The notes under the pieces were generated by a model that saw only the letters and a list, made by a program, of their open reading frames with translations, did not search any database and had not been told where the DNA came from. The translations under genes were made by a program, and so were the position numbers. Positions 1 through 9,105 of a DNA stretch of 32,000 bases are shown one piece after another (within the stretch, counting starts at the first letter, position 1; each line of letters starts with the position of its first letter). The DNA is from Propionibacterium freudenreichii subsp. freudenreichii (GTDB lineage Bacteria > Actinomycetota > Actinomycetes > Propionibacteriales > Propionibacteriaceae). The stretch lies in NCBI RefSeq assembly GCF_000940845.1, contig NZ_CP010341.1, forward strand, positions 600,001-632,000, read 5' to 3'.

Positions 1-536
1 TGCTCGTAGCCCTGGCCATAGGCCTGCTGGCCGAAGCCCGGGGCGTCCGGTTGGCCGTAACCGGGCTGCGGGCCGTATCCGGGCTGTCCGTAGGAGACGT
101 CCGGGGCGGGCAGTGCATAGCCGCCCTGCCCCGGGCCGTACAGCGCCGGCCCGTAACCCGCGTCATCGCCCCATCGTGGATCGGGGCCGTGGCGGTTGGG
201 GCCGCGCGTGCCCTCCAGGCACATGAAGACCAGCGGAATCACCAGGAAGAACAGGTTGAGCAGCACCAGCGCCCCCGACAGGTCCTGGTCATGGAAGCGG
301 CGGGCCTGCACGCACAGCAGCGGAATGAGGCTCACCACATTGGCCACGAGGATGAGCAGGAACAGTCCTCCGCCCACCGGCGGCACCACGATGGAGACGA
401 GCGTCGCGAGCAGGAAGGCGCCCACATTGCCCAGGAGCAGGGCCAGGTAGAAATACCAGAACTCTGCCCGACTGGCACGTCCATTCGGATCAGCGAACTT
501 GCGCAGGCATGTGCTGACGGCTTCACCGAAACTCAT
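1..536 (-). CDS. DUF805-family inner-membrane protein with a Pro/Gly/Tyr/Gln-rich C-terminal tail (3' end runs off the window; absent from the ORF track)
   Basis: Own translation of the minus strand from ATG 536-534: MSFGEAVSTCLRKFADPNGRASRAEFWYFYLALLLGNVGAFLL...CVQARRFHDQDLSGALVLLNLFF...GPDPRWGDDAGYGPALYGPGQGGYALPAPDVSYGQPGYGPQPGYGQPDAPGFGQQAYGQGYE. GRASRxEFW and RRxHDxxxSG match the DUF805 signature. GAGGAG SD lies at 548-543 (minus), 6 nt from the ATG. The frame stays open to position 1. Confidence 0.8.
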   Translation of the reverse strand, partial: MSFGEAVSTCLRKFADPNGRASRAEFWYFYLALLLGNVGAFLLATLVSIVVPPVGGGLFLLILVANVVSLIPLLCVQARRFHDQDLSGALVLLNLFFLVIPLVFMCLEGTRGPNRHGPDPRWGDDAGYGPALYGPGQGGYALPAPDVSYGQPGYGPQPGYGQPDAPGFGQQAYGQGYE

Positions 537-623
537 GTGGTGCTCCTCATAGTCGGAATGTGCGCGGACGACGCAGTCCCACGGCGGGGTGCCGCCCACG
601 GGTCCTGAGGGGTGCGCGTCAGG

Positions 624-2600
624 CTACCAAATCTGCACGCGGTCACTCGGCTCCAGCCACATGGGATCTCCCGGCTTGGTGCCGAAGGCCTCGTGGAAGG
701 CCGAGATATTGCGCACCACCTGGTTGCAGCGGATCTCGTCGGGGGAGTGCGGGTCAACGGCCAGCGATTGGCGCATCTGCTCGGGCCTGGTGGTGTCCTG
801 CCACACCTGGGCCCAGCCCAGGAAGAGGCGCTGGGCGGCCGTATAGCCGTCCTGGGGCGCCGGCTCGACGCCACCCAACGAGAGCAACCAGGCCTGATAG
901 GCGATGGACAGGCCGCCCAGGTCGCCGATGTTCTCCCCGATCGTCAGCTCGCCATTGACATGTACCTCGGGGCACACCGAGGGCGCCAGCTCGTTGTACT
1001 GGGCGATGAGCGCATGCGTGCGGTCCTCGAAGGCCTTGCGGTCGTCGTCGGTCCACCAGTTGCGCAGTCGTCCGTCACCGTCGCAGGTGGAGCCCTGGTC
1101 GTCGAAGCCATGGCCGATCTCGTGGCCGATCACCCCGCCGATGCCGCCGTAGTTCACCGCATCGTCGGCATCCACGTTGAAGAACGGGGGCTGCAGGATC
1201 GCGGCCGGGAAGACGATCTCGTTGCGCAGCGGATGGTAGTAGGCGTTCACCGTCTGGGGATACATGAACCACTCGTCGCGATCCACGGGCCCGGAGAGCT
1301 GCTCGATGGTGTGGTCGAATTCGAAGGAAGCGGCCCGCAGCACATTGCCGAGCAGGTCATCGGGGGCGATCTCCAGCGCCGAGTAGTCGCGCCACTTGTC
1401 GGGATACCCGATCTTGGTGCGGAACTTCGACAGCTTGTCCAGCGCCTCGGCGCGGGTGGCCTCGGTCATCCAGTCCAGGGTGCTGATCGACGCCCGATAG
1501 GCCTCCAGCAGGTTGCGCACGAGCCGATCGGCCGCAGCCTTGGTCTCCGGCGGGAAGTGCTTGGCCACATAGCGCTTGCCGATGGCCTCACCCAGCACGC
1601 CCTCGGTCACCGAGACGCCGCGCTTCCAGCGGGCACGCTGCTTGGGGACGCCCCGCAGCCCCTTCGAATAGAACTCGAAGCTCTGCGCGCTCAGGTCGCG
1701 ATTCAGATAGGGCGACAGGCCACTGACCACCTGCCAGCGCGCCCAGGCCCGCCAGCGGTCGAGGTTCTCGGGGATCACGAGCTTGGCGACGTCGCCCAGG
1801 AAGGTGCGCTGTGCGTTGACCACCTCGCTGACGGCCTCGCGCGGGAGTTCCGCGCCGGCCAGGAAGGAATCCCATTCCAGGGTGGGGGTGGCGGCGGTGA
1901 AGTCGTCCCAGGTCTGCGGGAAGTACATCTGGGTCATGTCGCGGGTGCGCACCTTGTCCCAGTGGCAGGCCGCGATCTGCTTCTCCAGCTCGAAGGCCAT
2001 CGTCGCCTGGCCGTCGGCGTCGGCCACGCCGGCGAGGTCGAAGCTCTTGCGGATGTGCGCCAGGTACAGCGCCCGCAGGTCCTCGTGGTCGGGCAGGCGG
2101 TAGTACTCCTCGTCGGGCAGCCCGATGCCGGCCTGGCCCACGAACATGAGATAGCGGTTCGGATTGCCCGGGTCGGAATCGTTGTCGAAGTCAGCGAGCG
2201 GGTTGATGCCGTGGCGCACGCTCCAGCCCCAGAACGACGCCAGGTCGGCGACGCTGGCGATCGCGTCGACGCGCGCCAGGATCGGTGCCAGGGGCGAGAC
2301 GCCGAGCGCCTCGATGGTCTCCTCGTCCATGAACGAGGCGTACAGGTTCGCGATCTTCGCCTGTTCGGTGGTGGGATCATCGCCGGCCTCAAGGCCCTCG
2401 ACGATCTCGTGCACCGCCTTTTCGGAGTTCTCGCGCAGGATGGCGAACGCACCCCAGTTGCTGCGGTCGTCGGGGATCACCGCGTTCTTCAGCCAGGTGC
2501 CATTGACATGGCGGAACAGGTCGGTGGTGGGGGCGACGGACTTGTCGAAATCCTCGAAATGGAATGCAGGAGTGCTCACCTGCCCAAGGCTACCCATCAC
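624..2600 (-). CDS. pepO: M13-family zinc metallopeptidase (PepO / endothelin-converting-enzyme-like endopeptidase)
   Basis: 658-aa ORF with HEIGH zinc motif (GGVIGHEIGHGFDDQGS), NAYY, ENIGDLGG and a C-terminal W (RVQIW), all M13 hallmarks. No obvious N-terminal signal or TM segment. Start is GTG 2600 or the adjacent ATG 2597. Confidence 0.9.
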   Translation of the reverse strand: MMGSLGQVSTPAFHFEDFDKSVAPTTDLFRHVNGTWLKNAVIPDDRSNWGAFAILRENSEKAVHEIVEGLEAGDDPTTEQAKIANLYASFMDEETIEALGVSPLAPILARVDAIASVADLASFWGWSVRHGINPLADFDNDSDPGNPNRYLMFVGQAGIGLPDEEYYRLPDHEDLRALYLAHIRKSFDLAGVADADGQATMAFELEKQIAACHWDKVRTRDMTQMYFPQTWDDFTAATPTLEWDSFLAGAELPREAVSEVVNAQRTFLGDVAKLVIPENLDRWRAWARWQVVSGLSPYLNRDLSAQSFEFYSKGLRGVPKQRARWKRGVSVTEGVLGEAIGKRYVAKHFPPETKAAADRLVRNLLEAYRASISTLDWMTEATRAEALDKLSKFRTKIGYPDKWRDYSALEIAPDDLLGNVLRAASFEFDHTIEQLSGPVDRDEWFMYPQTVNAYYHPLRNEIVFPAAILQPPFFNVDADDAVNYGGIGGVIGHEIGHGFDDQGSTCDGDGRLRNWWTDDDRKAFEDRTHALIAQYNELAPSVCPEVHVNGELTIGENIGDLGGLSIAYQAWLLSLGGVEPAPQDGYTAAQRLFLGWAQVWQDTTRPEQMRQSLAVDPHSPDEIRCNQVVRNISAFHEAFGTKPGDPMWLEPSDRVQIW

Positions 2601-2692
2601 CCACCATCGTCCCGGCGGAATCGGCCGGTCTCGCGATCAGCGAAGCCCCCGCCGCGGTCACTTGCGACGATGGCTCGCGACGATGGTGGGTG
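2598..2692 (-). promoter_or_regulatory. Structured 5' leader of pepO: perfect 14-bp inverted repeat covering the start region, plus a tandem 10-bp direct repeat
   Basis: CACCCACCATCGTC at 2598-2611 and its exact reverse complement GACGATGGTGGGTG at 2679-2692. GCGACGATGG occurs at 2664-2673 and 2677-2686. See finding. Confidence 0.4.
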
Positions 2693-2726
2693 GGGTTGGT
2701 GCCCCGTCCCCCGGGCAGGCCCGGAC

Positions 2727-3806
2727 CTATTCGACCAACCAGGTATCGGTGCCGTTGATCAGGTTCTGCAGCGCCGGATCCGACGAGGGGTTGGCCTCGC
2801 CATGGGTGGCCTGCGTGATCTGGGTGCGCACCTGGTCGTCATAACTGGGCAGCGAGATGTCGCGGAAGATCCCCATCGGAGCCCGGTGCATGACCCCGGA
2901 ATCGGTGAGCCGACTCAGCGCGAACGCCCGGGTGGGATCGGGATTGGTGGGATCGTGCACCACGATGTCGGCCTCCTTGACCTCGGAGACCTTCGCGATG
3001 CGCACCCCGCCGTTGGCGTCGGGCACCACGCACAGCTCGCGGTCGGTGCCGAAGCGGATCTGCTCGCCGGCCACCAGCGGGATCACTGCCTCGTCGGCCC
3101 CGGGGCCCTTCAGCGCCTCGAAGGCACCGTCGTTGAACACGGGGCAGTTCTGGTAGATCTCCACCAGGCTCGCACCGCGATGGTGGGCGGCGGCTGCAAT
3201 GGTCGACACCAGGTGCTCGCGGTCGGAATCCAGTGAGCGCGCCACGAAGGTGGCCTCCGAGCCGAGCGCATAGGACACCGGGTTCACGGGACGATCCGGC
3301 GCGCCCATCGGGCTCGACTTCGTGACCTGGCCCACGGCGGAGGTGGGGGAGTACTGGCCCTTGGTCAGGCCGTAGATGCGGTTGTTGAACAGCAGGATGG
3401 TGATGTTCACATTGCGCCGCAGCGCATGCAGCAGGTGGTTTCCGCCGATGGACAGGGCGTCGCCGTCGCCGGTCACCACGAACACCGCCAGGTCGGGACG
3501 GGTGACCGCCAGGCCCGTGGCCAGCGTCGTGGCCCGGCCATGGATCGAGTGGATGCCATAGCTGTTCAGGTAATAGGGCAGCCGCGACGAGCAGCCGATG
3601 CCCGAGACCACCATCGTGTTCTCGCGGGCGATCCCCAGCTCGGGCAACACCTGCTGGAAGGCCGACAGGATCGAATAGTCCCCGCAGCCGGGGCACCAGC
3701 GGGGCTCCTCGGTGACGAAGTCCTTGCGGTTCAGTGGCGTGGTCGCCAGCGGAACCCCGAGCAGGCCATTGGCCTGCTCGTCTGCCTGTGTCGCGTCGAT
3801 GCTCAT
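2727..3806 (-). CDS. korB: 2-oxoglutarate:ferredoxin oxidoreductase beta subunit (TPP-binding 2-oxoacid:acceptor oxidoreductase)
   Basis: 359-aa ORF with N-terminal WCPGCGDYSIL motif and GDGD TPP-binding region. AGGAGG SD at 3819-3814. ATGA start/stop overlap with korA (3803-3806). Confidence 0.9.
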   Translation of the reverse strand: MSIDATQADEQANGLLGVPLATTPLNRKDFVTEEPRWCPGCGDYSILSAFQQVLPELGIARENTMVVSGIGCSSRLPYYLNSYGIHSIHGRATTLATGLAVTRPDLAVFVVTGDGDALSIGGNHLLHALRRNVNITILLFNNRIYGLTKGQYSPTSAVGQVTKSSPMGAPDRPVNPVSYALGSEATFVARSLDSDREHLVSTIAAAAHHRGASLVEIYQNCPVFNDGAFEALKGPGADEAVIPLVAGEQIRFGTDRELCVVPDANGGVRIAKVSEVKEADIVVHDPTNPDPTRAFALSRLTDSGVMHRAPMGIFRDISLPSYDDQVRTQITQATHGEANPSSDPALQNLINGTDTWLVE

Positions 3807-5692
3807 CGACGGGCCTCCTGTTCGATCTCGTCCAGATGTCCGGCCAGGTATTGCGTCAGCTCACCCACCGGTAGGGGTTGTCCGCGCACCTTGCTGAAGG
3901 TGCGCACGTCCACCAGGTACTTGGCACGCAGCACCAGCGCCAGCTGGCCGAGGTTCACCTCGGGGGCGATGACGCGGCGATAGCGGTGCAGCACCTGGTC
4001 GAGGTTGGCCGGCAACGGGTTCAGCGTGCGCAACTGCACCTGGGCGACGTGGCGTCCGGCAGCGCGCAGGTCGCGCACGGCGGCGGTGATCGGGCCCCAC
4101 GAGGAGCCCCAACCCACCACCAGCAGGTCGGCCTCGCCTTCGGGGTCGTCGACCAGCGCGTCGGGCACCGGGATGCGTGCGACGCGCTCGGCGCGGGTGT
4201 GCACCATCTGCTCGTGGTTGGCCGGGTCGTAGCTCACCGTGCCCGCCTCAACCGACTTCTCCAGGCCGCCGAGGCGGTGTTCGGCGCCCACGGTGCCGGG
4301 CAGCGCCCAGTCGCGGGCGAGGGTCTGCGGGTCGCGCTTGTAGGGCAGGAAGGTGGGCTTGCCCTTCTCGTCGAAGCCGTTGGGTCCGGTGGCGAAGTGC
4401 GGGTCGATCGGTGCGATCTGCGAAAGGTCGGGCACCTGCCAGGGCTCGGCGCCGTTGGCCAGGAAGGCATCGGTGAGCAGCACCACCGGGGTGCGGTTCT
4501 CCACCGCGGCGCGGCAGGCGTCCACGGTCACTTGGAAGCAGTCGGACGGGGAACTGGGGGCGAACACCGGCAGGGGTGATTCCCCGTTGCGTCCCCACAA
4601 CGCCTGGAGCAGGTCTCCCTGCTCGGTCTTGGTGGGCATGCCGGTGGACGGGCCGGAGCGCTGCACGTCGACGATCACCAGCGGCAGCTCGGTCATCACC
4701 GCCAGGTTGATCATCTCCTGCTTCAGCGCGAAGCCGGGGCCGGAGGTGGTGGTGACGCCCAGTGCTCCGCCAAGGGAGGCGCCCAGTGCGGCACCGATGC
4801 CGGCGATCTCGTCCTCGGCCTGCACGGTGATCACGCCGAATGCCTTGCGCTTCGACAGCTCGTGCAGGATGTCGGAGGCCGGCGTGATCGGATACGAGCC
4901 GACGAACAGCGTCATCCCGGCCCGGGCGGCGCCGACCATGAGCCCGTAGGCGGTGGCCAGGTTGCCGGTGATGCGGCGGTAGCGCCCGGCCGGCACCGGC
5001 GCCGGCGGCACCTCGTAGCGCACCGCGAACTGCTCGGTGTTCTCGCCATAGTTCTCGCCGGCACGCAGCGCGGCGATATTGGCGTCGCGCACGCTGGGAC
5101 GTGAGGCGAAGGTCTCGCCCAGCCAGTGCACGGTGTCCTCGGTGGGACGTCCGTACAGCCAGCTGACCAATCCGAGGGCGAACATATTGCGGCTGCGGGC
5201 GGCACCGCGCCGGCTGGTCTCGAAGGCCGACACGGCGGTGGCGGTCAGCGTGGTGATGTCCACCTCGACCAGCTGGTAGCCCTCCAGGGAGCCGTCGGTG
5301 AGCGGATCGGCCTGGTAACCGGCCTTCTCGAGGGCCCGCTTGGCGAACGAGTGCTTGTCGACGATCACCAGCCCGCCGCGCACCACATCGGCCAGGTTCG
5401 CCCGCAGCGCCGCGGGGTTCATGGCCACCAGCACGTCGACGTGCTCGCCGGGGGTCACGATGTCCTCGTCGGCGAATTGGATCTGGAAGCTGCTGACGCC
5501 GGCGATCGTGCCCTGGGGAGCCCGGATCTCGGCGGGATAGTCGGGCAGGGTGGCGATGTCGTTGCCGTGTTCTGCTGATTCGGCGCCGAACCGGTCGCCG
5601 GTGAGCTGCATGCCATCACCCGAGTCGCCGGCGAAACGAATCACCACCCGATTGAGTCGCTGGCGCTGTGGTGTCTGCTGCCCCGGGTTCAC
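3803..5692 (-). CDS. korA: 2-oxoglutarate:ferredoxin oxidoreductase alpha subunit
   Basis: Long ORF homologous in layout to actinobacterial KorA (RFAGDSGDGMQLTG N-terminus). The ORF is open to ATG 5740, but GTG at 5692 is preceded by AAGGAG (5703-5698) at 5-nt spacing, so I prefer 5692. Stop overlaps the korB start. Confidence 0.88.
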   Translation of the reverse strand: MNPGQQTPQRQRLNRVVIRFAGDSGDGMQLTGDRFGAESAEHGNDIATLPDYPAEIRAPQGTIAGVSSFQIQFADEDIVTPGEHVDVLVAMNPAALRANLADVVRGGLVIVDKHSFAKRALEKAGYQADPLTDGSLEGYQLVEVDITTLTATAVSAFETSRRGAARSRNMFALGLVSWLYGRPTEDTVHWLGETFASRPSVRDANIAALRAGENYGENTEQFAVRYEVPPAPVPAGRYRRITGNLATAYGLMVGAARAGMTLFVGSYPITPASDILHELSKRKAFGVITVQAEDEIAGIGAALGASLGGALGVTTTSGPGFALKQEMINLAVMTELPLVIVDVQRSGPSTGMPTKTEQGDLLQALWGRNGESPLPVFAPSSPSDCFQVTVDACRAAVENRTPVVLLTDAFLANGAEPWQVPDLSQIAPIDPHFATGPNGFDEKGKPTFLPYKRDPQTLARDWALPGTVGAEHRLGGLEKSVEAGTVSYDPANHEQMVHTRAERVARIPVPDALVDDPEGEADLLVVGWGSSWGPITAAVRDLRAAGRHVAQVQLRTLNPLPANLDQVLHRYRRVIAPEVNLGQLALVLRAKYLVDVRTFSKVRGQPLPVGELTQYLAGHLDEIEQEARR

Positions 5693-5818
5693 ATCTGCTC
5701 CTTGACGCATTCGGTGTCGGATCCCGGCTGGTAGGTCCATCGTGGTGTCCGCGATGGTGCCCGGCCGGGTCGGACCATTGGCCGGCTGGTCCCCTCATCG
5801 GGGCCGCCCTCCACACTA

Positions 5819-7453
5819 ATGTCGAAAACCGGGCCCGACAGGGTTGACCGATACGCTGTGAGCATGGTCGTCGAGGGGTCCCGCGCAGTTGCCTGGTTGG
5901 CAAACTGCTGGCGTGATCTTGCCGACGCCCTGCGCGTGCGGGTGGTGCGCCGTGGCCTGTACGGCACCCTGCTGATCGCCATCGGCGCCCTGAGCCCCGC
6001 CTATCTGCCGCGCAGTTCGCCGTGGTGGACGTGGTTGTCCGCGCGTCGGGCGGAGGGATTGCCCTCGAAGCTGATCGGCACCGCTGCGACGATGGCCGGT
6101 CTGCTGCTGATCATGAGTGCCTGGTACCGGTTGCGGCCCGGGGCGAGGGGCGGTGCGCCCGGCGACGCAACGGGCCCGGCGGCATATCTGACGCTCAAGC
6201 ACTGGGCGGTGCTGGCCTGGTGGAGCCTGCCCTTCCTGGCGGCCCCGCCGATCTTCAGCCATGACGCCTATTCCTATGCTGCGCAGGGCTGGCTGGTGCA
6301 CAACGGGATCAGTCCCTATTACTCGGGGCCGGGCGTGCTGCCCGGCGGCTTCGCCGACCAGGTCGCCTGGGTGTGGCGTGACACGCCGAGTCCCTACGGG
6401 CCCCTGGCCATGCAGATCTCGCACCTGCTGCTGCACGTGTGCGGCTTCGACCCCTATTGGTCGGCGGTGGCCCAACGCGTACCCGCGCTGCTCGGGGTGG
6501 TGCTGATCGGCATCTTCCTGCCGCGGTTGGCGCGCCGGGTGGGCTGCGACCCGGCCTTCACCGCATGGTTCGGTGTGCTCAACCCGCTGTTGATCATCGA
6601 CTTCGTGGGCGGGGCCCACAATGACTCGCTCATGATGGGACTGGTGGTCTTCGGCCTGTGGCTGGCCACCATTCCCGGCGGACGACGGTATTCGTCGCGG
6701 TCGTGGGCTGCCGGGGGCTGGTGGTGGCTGGCCGGCGCAGCGATCATCGGCGTGGGGGCGACGATCAAGCAGCCCGCCTTCCTGGCCGCCTATGTGGTGC
6801 CGATGCTGGCACGGCGCTGGGGCAGCCTCAAGGTGGGGGAGACCGCCATCACCGTCACCCGGGTGCTCACCAGCTTCGCGGTGTCCATTGCGGTCTTCGC
6901 CGGGATCAGCATCGCCACCGGGCTCGACTTCGGGTGGTACAACGCCGTCAGCGTGCCCGGCAGCGTGGGCTCCCCGGCGCCGGCGAGCATCGTCGGCAAT
7001 GGCGTGCAGTGGGTGATGAACCTGTTCGGTGCCGATCCCACGGCCAAGTTGGGCATCAGTATCACCCAGACCGTCTTCCTGGCCGTCGGCGCCGTGGTGC
7101 TCGCGCTGGGGGCCGTGACGATCGCCCGCAAGCGGCCCGCCACCTTCATCTCCTGGGGCTACCTCGTGGTGGCCATCGCCAGCCCCGCGCTGCACAGTTG
7201 GTACATGCTGTGGGGCGGCCTGACGCTGCCCCTGGCCCAGCCGCGTCGACGCCTGGTGGCCGTGGCCATCTGGGTGAACCTGGCGCTGCTGTGCTACGAC
7301 GCCGTCGACATGGCCTGGCGCAATGACGGCGTGGCCATCGGCGTCGCCGCGGTCGCCGCCTCGGTGTTCATGACGTGGATCCACCAGGCGTCGGTCAGGG
7401 TGACCCGCCATCCGGGCCATGCCACGCACCTGGAGCTCCCCGCAACCTCCTGA
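5819..7453 (+). CDS. Polytopic GT-C membrane glycosyltransferase, MptA/MptB-like polyprenol-phosphate-mannose-dependent alpha-(1->6)-mannosyltransferase
   Basis: 544-aa ORF with more than 10 predicted TM segments. First extracytoplasmic loop is FSHDAYSYAAQGWLVHNGISPYYSGP...TPSPYGPL, recalled as the conserved loop of the mycobacterial/corynebacterial MptA/MptB family. No SD before ATG 5819, so the start is uncertain. Confidence 0.65.
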   Translation: MSKTGPDRVDRYAVSMVVEGSRAVAWLANCWRDLADALRVRVVRRGLYGTLLIAIGALSPAYLPRSSPWWTWLSARRAEGLPSKLIGTAATMAGLLLIMSAWYRLRPGARGGAPGDATGPAAYLTLKHWAVLAWWSLPFLAAPPIFSHDAYSYAAQGWLVHNGISPYYSGPGVLPGGFADQVAWVWRDTPSPYGPLAMQISHLLLHVCGFDPYWSAVAQRVPALLGVVLIGIFLPRLARRVGCDPAFTAWFGVLNPLLIIDFVGGAHNDSLMMGLVVFGLWLATIPGGRRYSSRSWAAGGWWWLAGAAIIGVGATIKQPAFLAAYVVPMLARRWGSLKVGETAITVTRVLTSFAVSIAVFAGISIATGLDFGWYNAVSVPGSVGSPAPASIVGNGVQWVMNLFGADPTAKLGISITQTVFLAVGAVVLALGAVTIARKRPATFISWGYLVVAIASPALHSWYMLWGGLTLPLAQPRRRLVAVAIWVNLALLCYDAVDMAWRNDGVAIGVAAVAASVFMTWIHQASVRVTRHPGHATHLELPATS

Positions 7454-7619
7454 GAGCCGTCCGATCGGGGGGCAGGACCCCGAGCAGGCGGATTTCATCG
7501 CTATTGTTCCCGGGCTCCCCGGCGGGACGCGCCAATGGTTAATCTCGACATGTCAGCCGGCAGGGCTGGGTCAACCAACCCGTGTCACTCAACAGCACCG
7601 TGTCGACCAGGGAGGCATC

Positions 7620-8006
7620 GTGGCCAACCTTCAGCAAGCAGCGACTTCCACGACGTTGACGTTCACCAACCGTGAGAGGCTCGCCGTGCTCATCACGACG
7701 ACCCTGGGTGTGATTGGCGTCGGCTGGAGCGCCGTGGGTCTTGTCCGCGACGGGATATCTGCCCGGGAGCTCGTGGGGTTCATCGGCCAGACGCTCATCT
7801 ACCTGGCACTGCTGATAGGAATCCTGCAACGTCGGGGCTGGGCAGTGACCCTCGTCCGGTTCTTCGCCTTCTGCACGGTGGCCCAGATCATTGTGTCCCC
7901 GAACTACCCCACCACGGCGCGGTTCCTGACAACCCTGGTGTTCCTCGCCTGCGTGGTGACGCTGCTGTGGAGCCTCAAGGGCTTCCGGACGGTTCGGCGA
8001 ACGTGA
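7620..8006 (+). CDS. Small hypothetical integral membrane protein (about 128 aa, 3-4 TM)
   Basis: C-terminal part of track ORF 7419-8006. GGAGG at 7611-7615 followed by an in-frame GTG at 7620. Hydrophobic segments LAVLITTTLGVIGVGW, LIYLALLIGIL, FFAFCTVAQIIV, LTTLVFLACVVTLLW. No recognisable family. Confidence 0.5.
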   Translation: MANLQQAATSTTLTFTNRERLAVLITTTLGVIGVGWSAVGLVRDGISARELVGFIGQTLIYLALLIGILQRRGWAVTLVRFFAFCTVAQIIVSPNYPTTARFLTTLVFLACVVTLLWSLKGFRTVRRT

Positions 8007-8064
8007 CCCCGGGCCCGTTCAATCAGCGGCCCGCCCAGCGGCACCGGATCGCCATGGGACGCAC

Positions 8065-9039
8065 TCAGAGGTCGTAGTCCACGACCACGGCGGCGTGGTC
8101 GCTGACGCGTTCGTCGGCGCCGTGGTCGCGATCCACGAAGGCGCGGGCACTCCTGCGGGCCAGCTGTGGGCTCGCCAGGTGGTAGTCGATGCGCCAACCG
8201 GTATCGCGGGCGAAGGCCTGCCCCATCCAGCTCCACCATGAATAGGGGCCGTCCTGATCGGGGTGGGCGGCGCGCACCACGTCCACGAGCGTGCGCGGCG
8301 AGAGTTGTTCGCTCAACCAGGCCCGCTCCTCCGGCAGGAACCCGGACGCCTTCTGTGCCGGGCGCCAGTTCTTCACGTCCAGCCGGGTGTGCGCGATGTT
8401 GAAGTCGCCCACCACGAGGAACTCGCGTCCGGCGGCATGGGCGGCGCGGCGCGCCCGGGTGAGGTGACGCGAGAAGCCGGCCAGGAAGGCCATCTTGCGG
8501 TCATAGCGCCGCTGCACGCCGGCCAGTTGTTCGTCGGTCAGCGGATCGCGACTGCGGATGCCCGGCGCCAACAGCGAATCGCCCTTCGGCACATAGACGC
8601 AGGCCACCGTCAGCGGCTGGTCGGCCAGGTCGACCTCCACATAGCGTCCCTCATGGTTGAACGAGCGCAGCGGGCGGGCCAGCGGATAGTCCGGCACCGA
8701 CAGCTCGTCGGCCCCGGCCATCCGCGCGTCTCCTGCAGGCGAGATGAACATCGCCTGGTCGCTCCACACCCGCACGGCGTCGAAGGGCGTGCGGCTCAGC
8801 ACCGCCACGCCGTTGCGGCCCTTCAGCTCACCGGCGTCATAGGCCACGTGGAAGCCGGCGAAGGCCTCCATCGGGAGCGCCTCATAGGGGCAGCGCACCT
8901 CCTGCAGGCAGGCGACGTCGGGCAGGCAGCGTTGCTTCCAGCCCGCGAAGCCCCTGCGTTGGGCGGCACGGATGCCATTGACGTTGTAGGTGGCCAGTCG
9001 AAGCACGCCGACCACCCTAACCGTCGGGCGGCCGGCCAC
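8065..9039 (-). CDS. xthA: Exodeoxyribonuclease III (AP endonuclease, EEP superfamily)
   Basis: LRLATYNVNGIRAAQRRG N-terminus, LQEV, GDFNIAH, WRIDYHL and C-terminal SDHAAVVVDYDL match the ExoIII/Xth family. An alternative GTG start at 9006 (VLRLATYN) is preceded by AGGGTGG. Confidence 0.88.
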   Translation of the reverse strand: MAGRPTVRVVGVLRLATYNVNGIRAAQRRGFAGWKQRCLPDVACLQEVRCPYEALPMEAFAGFHVAYDAGELKGRNGVAVLSRTPFDAVRVWSDQAMFISPAGDARMAGADELSVPDYPLARPLRSFNHEGRYVEVDLADQPLTVACVYVPKGDSLLAPGIRSRDPLTDEQLAGVQRRYDRKMAFLAGFSRHLTRARRAAHAAGREFLVVGDFNIAHTRLDVKNWRPAQKASGFLPEERAWLSEQLSPRTLVDVVRAAHPDQDGPYSWWSWMGQAFARDTGWRIDYHLASPQLARRSARAFVDRDHGADERVSDHAAVVVDYDL

Positions 9040-9105
9040 CCGCGGCGACGACCCGGACGTGGTCGGTCAAAGGTTGCGCCCAGAGTGCTGCGCCACACTG
9101 GGGGC

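Noticed and set aside
612-7498. Long ORFs 612-3236 (+, 874 aa) and 5816-7498 (-, 560 aa)
   Set aside because: They are antisense to pepO/korB and to the MptB-like gene respectively. The sense genes carry clear family motifs (HEIGH, WCPGCGDY, the SYAAQG loop); the antisense products do not.
8263-9105. N-terminal 281 codons of track ORF 8263-9579 (438 aa)
   Set aside because: This part is antisense to xthA. Only the portion from ATG 9106 onward, a hydrophobic 4-TM protein, looks coding.
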